From: Callorhinchus milii
Lineage: Eukaryota
Length of the DNA stretch: 64,000 nt
Direction of reading: 5' to 3'
NCBI RefSeq assembly: GCF_018977255.1
Contig: NW_024704743.1
Span: 5,954,001-6,018,000 of the forward strand
The notes under the pieces were generated by a model. That model was not told the DNA's origin. It searched no databases and saw nothing but the letters and a program-made list of their open reading frames with translations. This document shows, piece after piece, positions 13,561 through 28,790 of this stretch (positions within the stretch are counted from its first letter, which is position 1; every line of letters begins with the position of its first letter). A program made the translations under genes and the position numbers.

Positions 13561-15038
13561 CTGTACATATGCAACATTACAAAGTCAGTTTTTTTTCTCT
13601 CCAACATTCAAGGTCTAGTATCTACACATAGTCGTATCAGGTGGAAATACTGGTTTGTCAAGATTCAGGGCTTGTGGCAAACTGAAGGTGGAACTTAATA
13701 TAAACAACACCTCCACTAAATTTTGGTATATTTAACTTCTGCCTCCAGCAAAATAAAGGTAACAGGCAGAAGAAAACAGCTGAATTGTTGGTTCTTCGAC
13801 GTTTATACAATTAGTCCTGCTTCAAGAGGCACAAAGTAAATGTGATAGGGCATAGCTGACATACATGGCAGTACACATGCCTCAGGCAGCAAATGCCGAA
13901 CACAGCACTGGGATCGTCTTTCAAATACATGTGTGCTTTGTAGGCAGTCTCTATTAGCTTTACCATACTGCCACTAGTAGTAAAGCAGGATATTAAGTAC
14001 AACATTGGAACGTCATTTATGAACTGTTCAACCAAACTGAATCTCAAATTTAGAAAGAATTTGACTGCTGTTCAATTTAAAGTCAAAACATGTCCTGGAT
14101 TACACAAGACCTGCACAGCCACTAACCCCTTTGTTCCACCTTAAACATTTAATTGCTTCATGTACAATTACTAATACACGTAAGCACAAGGGTTAAACCA
14201 GTTACTCCGATTTAACCCTTTCAGCCAATTTCAGGAAACTGACACAGCATCAAGTCTTTTAGGATGGATCAAATAAAGCCCCTCCAAACTCAGTTTACAA
14301 CTCCAGTCACTGGACAATGGAATTCAAACAGTTTGGGGACAGGAAAATGAGACGAGGGGTGGAATTATGGTCTACAAAGCAATATTTCCTGAGGGAACTC
14401 AACCCCTAAAGAATGGAATTTTGGGGCTCCAGATATTGTTTATAATACAAATTAACCTGTTTCAAGTAGTTTGTTTACTTTTAAAATTAGTTTTAAATGC
14501 ACAGTATTTTTCAAATTAAACGTTTAACTTTCACTCCAATATCATCACCATCTCATGAATGCATTTCACATCACATTAAACAAAATTATTACTGAAACAA
14601 ATGCGCAGCTGAAAGAACATCCCTCCCAGCATCTGAAATCACTTATTGACAGGAATGGTCAGATTTAAGTAAGCCTAGAAATGGGTCTTGGCAACTTTAG
14701 AATCACCATTTCCACTAGCATATGGTTTCCCTCTGAAAATCTTGCTGGTATTCTGATTAATATTTATAATTTATTATTGAAATGTGCTAGGTTTGAGCCA
14801 CTATTTTTAAATGCAACCCACTGGTTCCACTGTGTGGTGATGAGACAAATGTTTGCCGATACCAGTGAAGTAAATATTTTGTGCCAATACTGTGCCTTTA
14901 TAGGTTGGTTTGACAGTGAGATTAACTTATCATCGAGCATTTCAATCAGAATATCTCTTATTCTTGTGTTAACTGATACGTTCATGTTCTAGTGCTCATT
15001 GGCTTAAACCATTCGGACAAAGATTTCTTTATAAACTA

Positions 15039-15275
<237 letters not shown>

Positions 15276-18200
15276 TTATGTCTTTCACAGTACAATTTCA
15301 TTAGAATAACTTTCTGCAGGCAAACACAACAGCTACAGTAACACAGTGAGGTTTCACCTTTCAGCCTTAGCAGTTGTATTTCAAACCTTATGAAACATTT
15401 GTAATTGGTCCCAACTCATCAAGAAATGAAACATGACTGAACATGACTGGTGCCACACACCTAACTTCTACATCTCATTCTTGAATGAGGCTTTATAAAC
15501 CATTCGTGGTCTGAAACACAGATCTAACCGCAATGGATTAAAAATGTGAAATTTCAATGCATTGTTTTTGGTTGTGAGGGGGAAGGTTAACAAAATTTGT
15601 TCTGAAAAATTAACTTTGAATTTAGCCATCTTTCCCCAATTTGTGGATGTGTTCCATCACTCTGCAATCTTGTTGTAATTTAAAATGTTAAATGTCTAAA
15701 ATGTTAAAGTTCTTGGACCATTGCAAAAAAGGTACAATATCAAGAGGGCGAGGGCAATTTCTCTCCCTCCTGCTTTATTCACCCGTGAAGAGGCAGATTC
15801 TTACTGGGACACAAATGCACAAGAACGAGCAAAGCTCTGGTGAATCTGGCCATTCGTTACCCAAGAAGTTAGATAGCACATGTTGGCAAGCTATTAAATG
15901 CCACATTTCAGTAATATCCAGTTCTGGTCTCAACATCAACACATCTTCCTTTTCCAACTCAATAGCTTGCTATCAGTAATAGAAACCTGGCCTGATTGGT
16001 TTCACTTTCTCTAGTCCAGGAATGCAAAGATCCAATGTGTTTTGAATTGCTTGCTTAATGTATGAATGGCTGGTTATATAAGCTTCAATTTAAATGGCCC
16101 ATCTCTGGTTTATGCTCTATAGTTTTACAAAGGTAGCAGTCACATACTTCAAATAACGTTCAAATGAGACTAATAGCAACAATTCAACTCTATATGAAGC
16201 CACTGTGTGTGTAGAAATACCAGTGTTGCTCTGAATGTAAACACTTGAGTGAAGTTGGCCCAGTTCCCAGTATTGATGGCAGATGACAGAAGCAGTTTTA
16301 CTCTTATTTACTCTGTTCTTCTACGTTTTGAGCATGCCGGTGCCTATTCTCCAGCTTTAATTAATGCCCTTGAAAGTTTTACCTCTCACTCTTCTCTCCC
16401 TTCTCTGTTTAGTCTGATTTCATAAATCCAAGGTGTAAATGGACAATCCCTGAAATAGCTTGTCAGGTGGCAGTAGGGTTACCGGAAATTTTCAGGAGCA
16501 AATATATCAGCACTATTCACACTGAAATCCCAATGCTACCTGCCATTTTGTTTCTCTTGACAAGGCTGGCTGAGATTAACTTGTTCTCATGGCTACTGCA
16601 ATAATCGCTCTTTTCTTTCGTTTCCTGAAAATTGTTTTATAACTTTTGTTTAATTCCACCTGGAGGATTGAGATTATATAAATAATGGTGGTAGAAACCA
16701 GACTGTATGAAGCCAAGGAATGTGGGTGAAGTTAGAGAATGTAGATTATGAGGGATATACAAAAGCTATTGCTCTTTTGAACTTGCCTCTAGTTCTTCAT
16801 AAACCCACTTTTACATGTTCCTTCCCCCTTCCCTCGCATTTGCCACTTGGTCAAAACATCGCTCTAATTGATTCTTTTCCAGGACCTACAACCCATGAAC
16901 CTTAGCTTCCTCAATCTTCCCTTCCTCTTACAAGGTACAGGCTTTTGAACCGCACATTCACCACTACATCCTGAATCATCGAGTTCAGGTGGTATCCAGC
17001 ACATCAAGTCTAGCTTTTTCAATTGAAGAGAACATTAGCATTTTCAAATCAACATTCATTTTGTTATAATACTTTTCCCATAATGAAATAACCCACCCCC
17101 ACCCTTCCACCAAAATCATGATTTTTAAAGTTCAATTCCAAGACACACATATACATCTATGTAACCTATGACAAACCCATCAGAAAAAAATGTAAAAATG
17201 TATATAAGTTATAAAAGGCACATGTATATTTCATATGAATAACAAATTGAAAGATAAGGATTCAAATTATACATTGTATCACAACCTATGTGCAATCTAG
17301 ATGCAAACTTAAGAGGCAAGAATTCTATCCGCTCAACTCCTGTTAATGCTGCAAGTCAAAGCCTCAATGGGTAGGGTGGTCCTAGCTAGACAAGTAGCAT
17401 CCTGTATGGGATTTGGGTGGATTAATTGATAAACCTTCACCAGCGAAAGAGGTGGAAAGAGGTGGAAACATGAGAAGTGAAACTAAACAGTGCTTCCAAT
17501 GGCAAGTTTTGTAGTTTTAGCTGGTTAGCAGCAGTAGCTGGTTAGCTAACCAGCAGCTGGTTAGCAGCAGTACTTCAAAGCATACTGGAGTCCCCAAGCC
17601 TTAGCTCTTGCCACCCTGCACCAAATACTCTCCAGAATGAGGTAGCAGAATGCATCCCTTTAGATACATCCATTTAGGTACATCCATTCCAATACACAGG
17701 GATTTCTAAGTGTAAGCAGAATACATGGAACCCTTGGTTTGGACACTCCTAAACACGATGATGGTTTCTGCCAGATACCCAGAGAAAACAAAAATGCAAA
17801 CTGGAATATTATTCCAATCAGCACGCGATACAGTGTGTAAAAAAATGGGATAATGGAAATTTGTTCACAACACAAACTGCAGTGTCTGAACTGGATCCAA
17901 GAAGATTTTCCTGCCAAAGCCAGGAAGATCTGGAGTAATCCAAATCATGGCTGATGGTTGACAGGACTTTCTGATTCATCATTGCAGACATGATCTCAAC
18001 CCAGCAAACCAAAGTCCCAGTGACCAGGTTAGTCCAAAATGAATGCACAGTTTCCATCAGTGCAAAAAAAACTGGTGTAGTTTAAAAATACACCAACCAT
18101 ATTTTTGTCTACCATCTCACTTTTCTTTAAAAAAAAATAACTATGAACAAACTGTCTTATTGCCACGGTTTTAGGATTTTCTTGAAATGCTAGAAACCTA

Positions 18201-18959
18201 ATAAAATAATTTCTCTTCAATTTCTTAAGATTTTAAATACTGATTTCATGGTCACTGTGAATAATTAATTATCCAGTTGACAAGGTTCGATTGCTTGATC
18301 AATATCAGTAATCCCAGTGATTAGTTTCCCAGTGAAGCAGTTTCTGTTTCAGAAACAGTTCTGGTTAAATTGAAGGATTTGTTTGTACCAACTTCAAGAC
18401 TTCTTTAAAACCAAAGATATTGCTACTACAATATTTTTGTCTTTAAACAATTCAATGCAACCCAATGACTCATAGATTAAAAATCTTAGGATATAGAAAT
18501 TATTTCCTCTTTTTCAATTACCCATTTTGCAAAATGCCACCTTTGGTTTGAGTACCTAATATACATTAAACAATTAAACTCTGCCCAAATAATAAGCTAC
18601 AGATTCAAAATGAATTATGTAATATATACACACACCATATATTATAGATAAATATAACTAAATAAAGCTCCAACATCTAGATACTATACAACAGAAACAA
18701 ATTTTCTGCAATGAGGGGGCCATTTTGCCTAAAATGTCCATGTCACAATCATCTGCTTTTCCAAAATCATCCTTTATTTCTGATGGACAGGAATATCATC
18801 AATTGGTACAACTACCAAATAAATATCCAGTCAGCTTCATCAGCAAAAGAAATTAGGCCAGTATTTTGTGACTGCCTGGCTCATAAACTGAAGACTAGAT
18901 CTAAATACTAAGAAGATATACATTTTAAACTACTGCAGTTCTGACAACGTGATCCTTCA

Positions 18960-19214
<255 letters not shown>

Positions 19215-21760
19215 TTATTAAAATAAACAAAAACTTAGCTGTAAAATTCAAGCAAAGAAGACAACGGAAACGTCCTTCACAAGATATTATCAAATTATCT
19301 TCCTTCCATACAGTAAACAATATAGTAAGTTCCTGATAACTCAACCCTGGCTTAATTTATCACTACTACTTAATCAACATCACAGCCACATTTATGTTTA
19401 TACATATGGCTAACTCACCACTCCTGACAACTCATCACTGAGCCCTTTCCCTTAGAGTGACGAGTTATCCGGGGTATTTTACACATAAAACAGCAATTTG
19501 AAAGAAGTCAAAACCTGAAAGTAAGGCAGTAGCTAATGATAAACCGAGGTAAATCAATGAATTGTGGTAAAGAAGCATTCAGAATAGTCAATTACTATTA
19601 ACTATTCTCCAGTCTGATAAGCCTCCCAACTTGGAATAAGCACCCAAATTGTTATTAATTGGGTCTGTACCAATGCTTTGTTTCTATTTTCTTTATGTAC
19701 ATGCATACACCACAATCTCATCCCACCCAATTACATCACCCCCAACCCTATTCCATCGCTCTTCCAACTGCTGCTCATTTTTCACTCCCTCCGTCCTGGT
19801 ATTGGTGGTCAAGCCTTCATCATTATGTCCTCTCTCCCAACAGAAATACACCCCTTCCCGTTTCCCATAAAATTGTTTCATCCTGGCGAATACAGAGCAA
19901 TCCCATTCATAAAGCAGTTGAGTGTAGTTCACTTGGAGCTGATGTTCTGTGGACCCACTGGAAGCATCTGGCACTGACTGGCCTGCTTCCTGGTCACCAG
20001 ATCGTTGCTATTACTTATGAGCACAAAAAGTGACATGTCAGTCACTTGACTATCTGGAAGGCAGTTTTTTTTTAGCGTTCTTCATTTTAACAGTCTGAAG
20101 TAGACTCAAATTGCCGTGTTATAACGAGGTTGTCTTGAATTCTGGTCGGGCACTACACTTTTTTTAAAAATAAAAACGTCCATTTCTTTAGTCACTGTCG
20201 GAAATGTTTAACCTGAAAGCCAAATATTTCAAAACTGACACGTTCTGAAACAATCCAATAAAAGAAATGCTAAACCCTTCTCAAGCCTGATGTGCTGATA
20301 CTTAAATACTCTGTATCTAACAAAGTCTGAGATTGTACACATTTATTCTTTGAATTTTTTTGTCAATTCTTTCATGTTTAATTTTGTTGACATTCAAATT
20401 CCTAGAAACGAATTTTCACGAATTGATGGTGTCAATAGTGACACAAGTGTGAAGAGGGTTTGGTTTAAAATTAATGCAGTGCAAACTGAAATATAGGTTA
20501 ACGTTCTCTGGAGAGCAGTTTATTCAGGACTAAATATAGGCTTGTGCCAGTGAGAGCTAAAATGATCTTAAATGAATTTAGTTTCAATTTCCTGCTACAG
20601 CAAGTTAAACATGGGTTCCTAATTTTTGGATCACCTTCTGGAAACTTAATGAGCCAAGTGCAAGAGAGAGAATTGTGAGTGGAAGCATGAAAACTGTAGA
20701 TTTGTGAGCAGAAATGTCCCATTCCAGACATAGCAACTTTTATATGTAGGTGAAAATATATACACAGATGTCTATATATCATATATGTGAAAACTTAGCC
20801 TGGTTTGGCTATTCTTAAACATAGTGATGGGTGTCTGCATGGATCATCATATAAAGAAGAAAGTTCAAGACATAAATTAATTGTGTGTGCAAGTGTCAAA
20901 ACGATATATTTACAAGAGTGGGCCACACTTGTGCACAAACATAAAATTCATGCTGGAGTGGGGACAAGACCAGGCCAGGCAAGGAAGAGGAGACTTTTTT
21001 TTAATGTAAGGGCATCAACAAAGTTGCTTGGTGTGCTTGATTTTGAAAGTGTCTCACAAAAAAATACTTCTCAGATATTCTCAATCAGATGTAGAAAGGA
21101 GACCAAGAAACAAAGCAAGATCAAAATGAGATCACAGAAATTAACAGTAGAACATCCAAGCCACAAAGAGGGGTAAAGAGCGAATACCTAATGGGAACAG
21201 ATTTTAAGCCAAATTAATCAGGAAGAATCCAAAAGCAGAAACAGCACAAGTGAATCAATAAGATTTGGAAACTAAAGATTAAAGTGGTTGCTGGACAAAG
21301 GGGAAGTAGGAATTAAAACAAAAACATTTTATCCAAACTGTACATATTGTAGCTACTACCATTGTTATGCCTCGTATCGTCTACATGAAATTGGGAATAT
21401 CTGGCCTGGATGATTCCAGGCTCACTATATTTGTTTACATTCTTTAAGCGCAACAGACAACAACTTCTTTAAGGAAATTTTTTTTTCCTTTATGCAACGC
21501 CTTTGGACGTCCTCCCAAAGTGAAAGGCGTTATATAATGCAATTTGTTATTTGTAAATAAAAACAACCACCCGAGAACAGCTATAATGGCAAAAATGCTC
21601 AACAAATCTGAGCATTTTCTCACAACCGTGAGCAAGTACATGTTCCCTGGTAGTAAGGAAGCACATAATTTATGACCAGACATTCTCCAGTTGTCTGTAA
21701 TTTGTTTTCATTGGTTTCTAGGATATTCCCAAAATGTATTACAGCTCCAATACAATGTTA

Positions 21761-21951
<191 letters not shown>

Positions 21952-22742
21952 GCTAAAGAATGATTAATAAACTAACCAAGAAGCCACCACTGTATACTTA
22001 CTTTATAATAACAAATGGACGCAAGTTTCTGTTGACTATTGTGAAAATATTATCCGCAAAAAAGGCAGGTTGATTTTGCCGCATTTCGCCCACAAAATAC
22101 AGTCAATTCACTTTACAGTATATCCTGTGAAGCGATTCGAGACGTCTCAACGACGTGATAGGGCGCTATATCAAATACAAGGATTATTATTACACGATCA
22201 GGGTTTCCCAGATGTGAATATAAGCATTATTCTAAAGTAGCAATGACAACAGTAATTTCTTTATAACTTTTATGCTCAAATTTATGACTGGTCAATTAAG
22301 TTATTTATTTAAAGGCACAAAAAGTTAAATGTTAAACACTTAACTCAGAGGTGAACCAATAATTATTAATCTGAAAATATGCCTTTTATAAAAAAAATTG
22401 AATACCCAAAGAAACTACCACCAACAGCTTATCGACAAAATCTAACAAAAATATCTGGGAAGCCCCGAGTACAATTAAGAAAGATTTATTATAAGACTGC
22501 TAAATCCAATGAAAACTATGTTAGTGTATACATCAAAGGCATGTTTTGCCTTAAACTTTCTATAATCAATATATCTCTAAAATGATATATTGGGAGATAT
22601 TGGAAAAGCTCTAAAAATACTGTTGCACCTGAGAAGGGAAGGCATATGAGAATAGAAGAGGTCATACACTGATATTTAGAGTTTCAGCAGCTATTTCTAT
22701 CTTTGGTACACTAGGATTCATATAGGAAATAGTTCATCTTAC

Positions 22743-22757
22743 CTTGGCTTTAAGCCA
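22743..22757 (-). CDS. ABI1: ABI1 exon 4, 15-nt microexon WLKAK
   Basis: Pyrimidine tract ...ttctccctttggcaacattaag|TGG CTT AAA GCC AAG|gtaaga; peptide is the ABI1-type microexon (ABI2 has WLLRFK). Confidence 0.93.
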
Positions 22758-25700
22758 CTTAATGTTGCCAAAGGGAGAAAAATAAGGAAAAATTAACCAC
22801 ATGTCAACAAAATTAGCAGAAGAGTAAAAAGGAAAGCACTTCAGAAACGTAACAGAATTTTACAAGCATCGCAGTAAAAATACTCATTTAATTTTTTTGT
22901 GCTTGCCATCATTAGCCAGTGGCACAATGTCTCCTTATATTAACAAATGTCAGCCAGCTGAGCTACTGGAAATAAGTATGTGCTTCAATTAACACTAAGA
23001 TAAACATTCCTGCACCCGTTGAGATTACGTTAACACGTGACAATCCAGGCTTACTGGCTGAAACTAATGAGTACAGCTTAATACCGTTTCATGAAAGTAA
23101 CTTTGTTTAAAAAACTACCTTCCCCCCCACACACAGAAACACGTGTGTAATTATGCTGCCCAGCTATACATTTGGTGCAGTTAAAGATCACAACACAAGC
23201 AGAAAAGAAAGATTACTAGCCTGATTTTTTTTTAAAAAAACATTCTTTGAATCAAGGAAGTCCTCTCCACATCAAATATGGAGATCTACTCCCAGCATCA
23301 AATTTCAGAGAAATCTTTTAAATCCACAGCTTTTCTTGAAATCTAATTTTGACCTTTTCATGCCATGACATCAGAAGATGCTTCCTCTTTTCCTCCCCCA
23401 CCCCCCTCCAGTTTGTTTACAGTCTTATTTTGTATACCCAATACTTATAAATCCCTTGAAGACACCTGTGGATTTTGATGAGAGGGAACTCAGTATGTGG
23501 AGAATGTCTTCTAATTTGAAGAGTAATGACCCTGCCACATGTAAGTCATTTTCCTTTCTTCGTTTGCAACGTCCTCCATACACAAGCATACCAGATAGTA
23601 CCCGGAAGAAGCGGAGAGAGGCCCTTACAACAAACCAATGAGTCCAGCAACTAGGAAGGAAATGCAAAAGGATCTCTCCTGTAGTAACTATGGATTTACA
23701 CAAGTTGCTCAAAGTAACAGCCTAACAAGCATCTGTGGAGTTTACACTTGTCTAGGAAGTGGTTGTACAGCGAGTAGATAACCCCTTCATTGACCTGGAT
23801 GAAAGTGCCTCACCAATTATTTCATGACAGGTTTCGAACGTGTGAAAAGCACGATACATTTCCAAGTTTACAATAGATTTTGCAAAATGCTAAAAGCATA
23901 CGGTTCTCCATGTAATGAAAACCATACTCCCAAATCTTACTCGTATGGTAAAATATTCACTTTGATAGAAAACAGGGAGAGGCCCTCAACACTGCCTCAG
24001 CATTACACCAAATCAAGCCGGCTGATGAACATATATTGACTATCCCACTGAGCTGACAGACATCAGCAGCAGGCTCACATTAACGTCACATCACTGGAAT
24101 TCATAAATTTGAATAAAGTGTGCACTGATTTATGTTACACCAAGTCTGGAGCCCACAAAGGAATCTATAGTATTGAATTTTGATATCTCTTTCATAACAT
24201 GAAAATACCCTCTAAGCAAACAGCAAAAATGTTATGGAGAATATAAATAGCTGCATATTTGAGCATGGCTTCAAGCTGAATTTTACCAAATGTTTCAGTA
24301 TTTGAAAAAGAGTTTGTATCTTTAGAAATGTACCAAATGACAAATAACTTCCATTTTATCTTTGATATTTTATTGGTAGACTTGTCATGAGGCTCTATAA
24401 GCACCTTCACTACTAATGAAGACTAGCATCAGTTTACAACCTCCTCCTCCCAAAGCTACCAACGACTTGAACCAGAGGCCCACTGGCTCTAAGCAATGAA
24501 TCTGATCCAACTATTGGATGAGAAGGGATGTTTTGCAGGAAGTGCATATTTTTAGCAATCGTTTAATGTACATTTGCTCACCAGTGGGGGAACAAACTAA
24601 ACAGACATCAGGGAAGCCCTCCTAATATACAAAGCCAAAGAGTTGGTGTCTTCTATCATAGCATCAATATAGTCATATAGCTGTCCCTTTGAAGTAACTC
24701 TTCCAAGACTTGCAGACCTCAGGTTAGTGTGTGGAGGATGTTGAGAATGAAGAATGGAAAAGGTTGCATTCCTATGAGCACAGGTGATCAGGATTTAACT
24801 GGTACATGTTACATCATGTTTAAATGAATGCATTAATGCAGGTCACTTCATAGCATGCACAAAAAAAAACTATAAATTTCAATCGGTCTTATCTATCAAG
24901 AATGAGAGGCAAACACCGTACAGATGCCGCACATACCCAGATTGGTTCAGGCATCAACCACCACATAACCAAGTTTTTTTTAAACTGGGACTTAAGGAGA
25001 AATTTGCCACATCTACAATCAATCATGGACCAAACTATTTATCCAATCCCAAAGGTCACTAAAAATTGGGGTGGGTCTGGGGTCAAACATGTTTATAGTA
25101 AAAACTACACTGAAAAATTACATATTCTCAAATAATTTTTTTGCTATAAATTTGCAATTAAAATTGATTTCACCCCACCCTAGCTGCCGCCAATTACTCG
25201 GGTGCTCACCTCTGGATGTCCTCCCGATTGGAAAGGCACTGTATAAATGTAAACTGTGGTATATTTTGCTTTCTGTCGATTTCATTTTATGTTGTTATAC
25301 AGCATGGCTCAATTTCAGTGTTCTACTGTCTCCTCCAATTTGTTGTACCCTTCTCTGTTCATCGATTACTGCTCTACACTAGAATGTGCTGTGCAGTTGA
25401 CGTCAGTTCTTGGAAGGTTGTACACAGGTAAGCTATGTGCAGTAAATCTGATGTTCCCATACATTTGTGCTACTCATAATATATGGACCAAGGCCAGGCT
25501 ATTATAACGAGCATTGTATCCACCACATATAGATTTAACCACGGTTATATTTTCCACAGTATACAAAAGAGAAAAATAAATCTTTGTACAACTTAAATTT
25601 ATGTGCACTTATAAAAGAAAAAAATTCACTTAGTCATCTAAGATATCTTATGATTAGCAGACTAAAGCAAGTAGTATGATGCATTTAAATATTTAAATAA

Positions 25701-26616
25701 ACATTAATACTTCAACCATTATCAGTATCATACCACTAAGCTATTTCATAAACCAACTACAAAATGGATAAAACTAGAATTAAAAGAAGCCCCATATATT
25801 TCAGCTGCGCTCACGACTATCTTACAGAAAATGCAAGTATGAAGAATGGATACAACCTCAAATGAATGCACCCGAAGGTTAAAAAATATGTACACAATGA
25901 AAACTCACTTGGGGAATGTACCCACTATAGAATCTTAGCTCTTTTAAGAGAAAGGGAACAAAATTAAAGGACTGGAGAAAGGGAATAGCAAATCCCTACG
26001 CTTTCCTTCCGATTCAATAAAATATATTCTTTTCAACTGCAAGCTTGTCTGCAAAAGGAAATGTATAGTGCACAGAAAATATTTTAAAAAATGGAAGTTC
26101 ATGACATTTTAGGAAACCTATAGCACAGAACTCTTCCTGGTCAAAGGTCATGACCAATATTTTAAACTTCAAAAGATAAAACACAGCTATCATACAGACT
26201 AAATTACAGCTGAAAACACAGGCTACAATATTCATTTATGGGTTTGTTGGTGAGCGGTTGCTTAGATTCTGTGGCTGTGATCTTGTATTACAGCTGGCTT
26301 AAGGCCAGCACAAAAAGCCACAATGCAATCAATAGATAGTGCCAACAAACCTTCCATTCAATTTAGATGAAGTGGCTGATTCTCTTCATTCCTCAGTTGA
26401 ATACTCTCAATAAAGTATTCCATTTAGTAAGCAGCTGTAGGTTACATGAAGCATTTGAACTGAACTGCTATAAACAGTAAATATTCTGCACTATGTGGGT
26501 GCACTTCCTAAATGGAGAGCATTGCTATTTTTAGTTTTAAGTATTGATAATTTTGCTAAAATTAGTCTTCCAAGCATATTGGAAATACGTATGAGAAGTG
26601 AAGTTTTGTGTCAAGA

Positions 26617-26940
26617 TTGGCTCAGTGACAGAACTCTTGCCTCGGTATCAGTAGGTTGTGGGTTCAAGCCCTAATCAGTGGGGGGGGGTATATTGTTGAA
26701 GGTGCCATCCTTCGGATGAGACATTAAACTGAGATCCTGTGTATCTGTTCAGGTAGACATTCAAGATCCCACGGTACTATTCGAAAAGAGAGGGAGTTTC
26801 TCCCAGTATCCTAGCCGACAATACCCCAAATAAAATTGGTCATTCATTTCATGGCTGTTTTGTGACACTCCCACAGTCACTCCACTTCACAATAAATCCT
26901 GTGAAGCACTTTGGTAAAGTGAAAGACACTATACCAATTG
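26617..26940 (+). mobile_element. Older Deu-domain-type SINE (family 2)
   Basis: tRNA-like head ggctcagtg..ggttgtgggttcaagccc, core ggtgccatccttcggatgagacattaaac..gatccca..ggagtttctcccagtatcct, resembling the Deu core of SacSINE1/AmnSINE1 from memory. Confidence 0.7.
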
Positions 26941-27207
26941 CACAGATTATTATTATTATCAACTTTCCAACTCCGATGAGAGTGCTACCAACTGAACTAC
27001 TCGGACACCTGAAGAGGGTTAACGAATTAGCAGCCAGGCTAGAAATAGGGAGGGTAGAATTAGGCTTGGCTGTCATTCCCCCTTACCAAACTGATTGTCT
27101 AAGTTGATTTGTGAAGAATTTTGTTACTGGAAGACTGAAAAAATTCCAGTCTTCAACAACGATGACAAGGAAGATATCTAAAAAGTGTGTAGATTGGCAG
27201 ACATCAT

Positions 27208-27546
27208 AAATAATCCTTGTATTTAATAATACTTGTATTTGATAGTGTCTTATCACATAGTTGAGACGTCCCAAAATATACAGTAAAGTGTATTGATTGT
27301 GCGTTTTGTGGGTGAAACACTGCAGCCAATTGCACACAGCAGTATCCCACAACCGGTTGAGGATTGAGTAACCAAATTGTTTTATTTATTTCTTGGGGGG
27401 ATTATTACCCACAGAAAACGATCTGCCAGTCAACTAACAACCGGGTTCCTACTAAGTAAACAGAGGCATGTGGAGGAAGGAAAGGAATCAAACCCAGGTC
27501 CTCTCGCTTGCGAGGCAAGTGCACCAATCACTAAGCTACAGGACTC
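27208..27546 (-). mobile_element. Full-length SINE family 1
   Basis: Reverse complement of the same consensus. Confidence 0.9.
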
Positions 27547-28336
27547 CACAAGGGATTTACTGTAAAGTGTAGTGATTTTGCATGCTTTATAGTGCTGTGT
27601 AATACTCTTAACAAACAAACAAACCCTCATTTTGATTTAAAAAAGGGAAACTAAAGAGTTCTGCAGAGAGGTACCACCTTTAATCAACTTCACCCATTTC
27701 TCAATTATAACATGTAAAAGGAGCACCGTGTTGTGCCATTGTGCAGAGCTTCATTGCAGTTTGTTAAACAAAAACTATCAAAGCAGAATCATTCCTGGGC
27801 ACCTCAAAGTAAAAGTCCAAGTCAGAGTGCCATTGACAGAATTCTAAAAAACAGGCCATCTGTTGGTTCGTATGGTGCCCAGGAAAAGGGAAATTAAAAT
27901 GCTAGTCTTGACTCTATTCATGTTCACTTAAACCTGAGAAGGGACCCAACTGAAGAACGGTACTTGATTTTAAATACATCCCTATTGTGTAGCGTTGTGC
28001 TAATTAGTGACATGAATTACCCATTTCACAAGGCTCATCCACTCTAAACCAATTATGAGCGAGACATAGCAAAGCAATACTCAGAGGTTATTATGTCACA
28101 CGCATATCTTGGGCACACATTGCCATTACCACATATATTAAGTGCGCTACCATTGATGTGTAAGAGATTTGATTCCAAATCACTGTACTACTGTGTATTA
28201 TAATTAAATAATCCTTTGCTGATACGGTATGTATTATGAAATGTCTCAAAGCACTTGACAGGTACTTGCAGTCGAGTGTTATTGTGTGTTTGTAAGCAGC
28301 CCACCAACCAATTTCCACACAGCAACGTTCAGATTG

Positions 28337-28692
28337 AGTCGTGTGGCTCAGTGGTTAGAGCACTCGCCTCGCAAGCAAGAGGATGGGTTCGATTACCAGC
28401 AGAGTGAAACGTTGGGAAAGTTTCCTTACTCCACACGCCTCTGTTTACCTAGCAGTAAGTAGGAACCCAGGTGTTAGTCGATTGGCAGATCGCTTTTCTG
28501 GGGGTAATAATCCCTCCAGAAATAAATTTGTTTTTAAAAAATAATTGGTCACTCAATCCACGATGGTTTGTGGCTATTGGCTGCTGGGTTTCACCCATAA
28601 AATATAATCAATTCACTTTACAATATATTCTGGAAGTGCTTTGATGTGAAGATGCGAAAAGGCACTATATCAAATGCAAGGATTATTATTAT
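28337..28692 (+). mobile_element. Full-length SINE family 1
   Basis: gtggctcagtggttagagcactcgcctcgcaagc..gggttcgatt..(att)n. Confidence 0.92.
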
Positions 28693-28790
28693 AACATGTA
28701 TTCTAGTACTGTAGTGGTGTGGGAATTAGTGATAGGTGCTCCATGCTGCAACTTAAACATGATGCTCCTTTTACTTTATGGCTGTTTAGT

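Noticed and set aside
17513..17572. Short direct/inverted repeats of agctggttagc
   Set aside because: Tiny slippage or template-switch scar with no further support
19649..20033. Four overlapping ORFs suggesting a hidden gene
   Set aside because: No recognisable domain or compatible splice structure; probably an old repeat remnant
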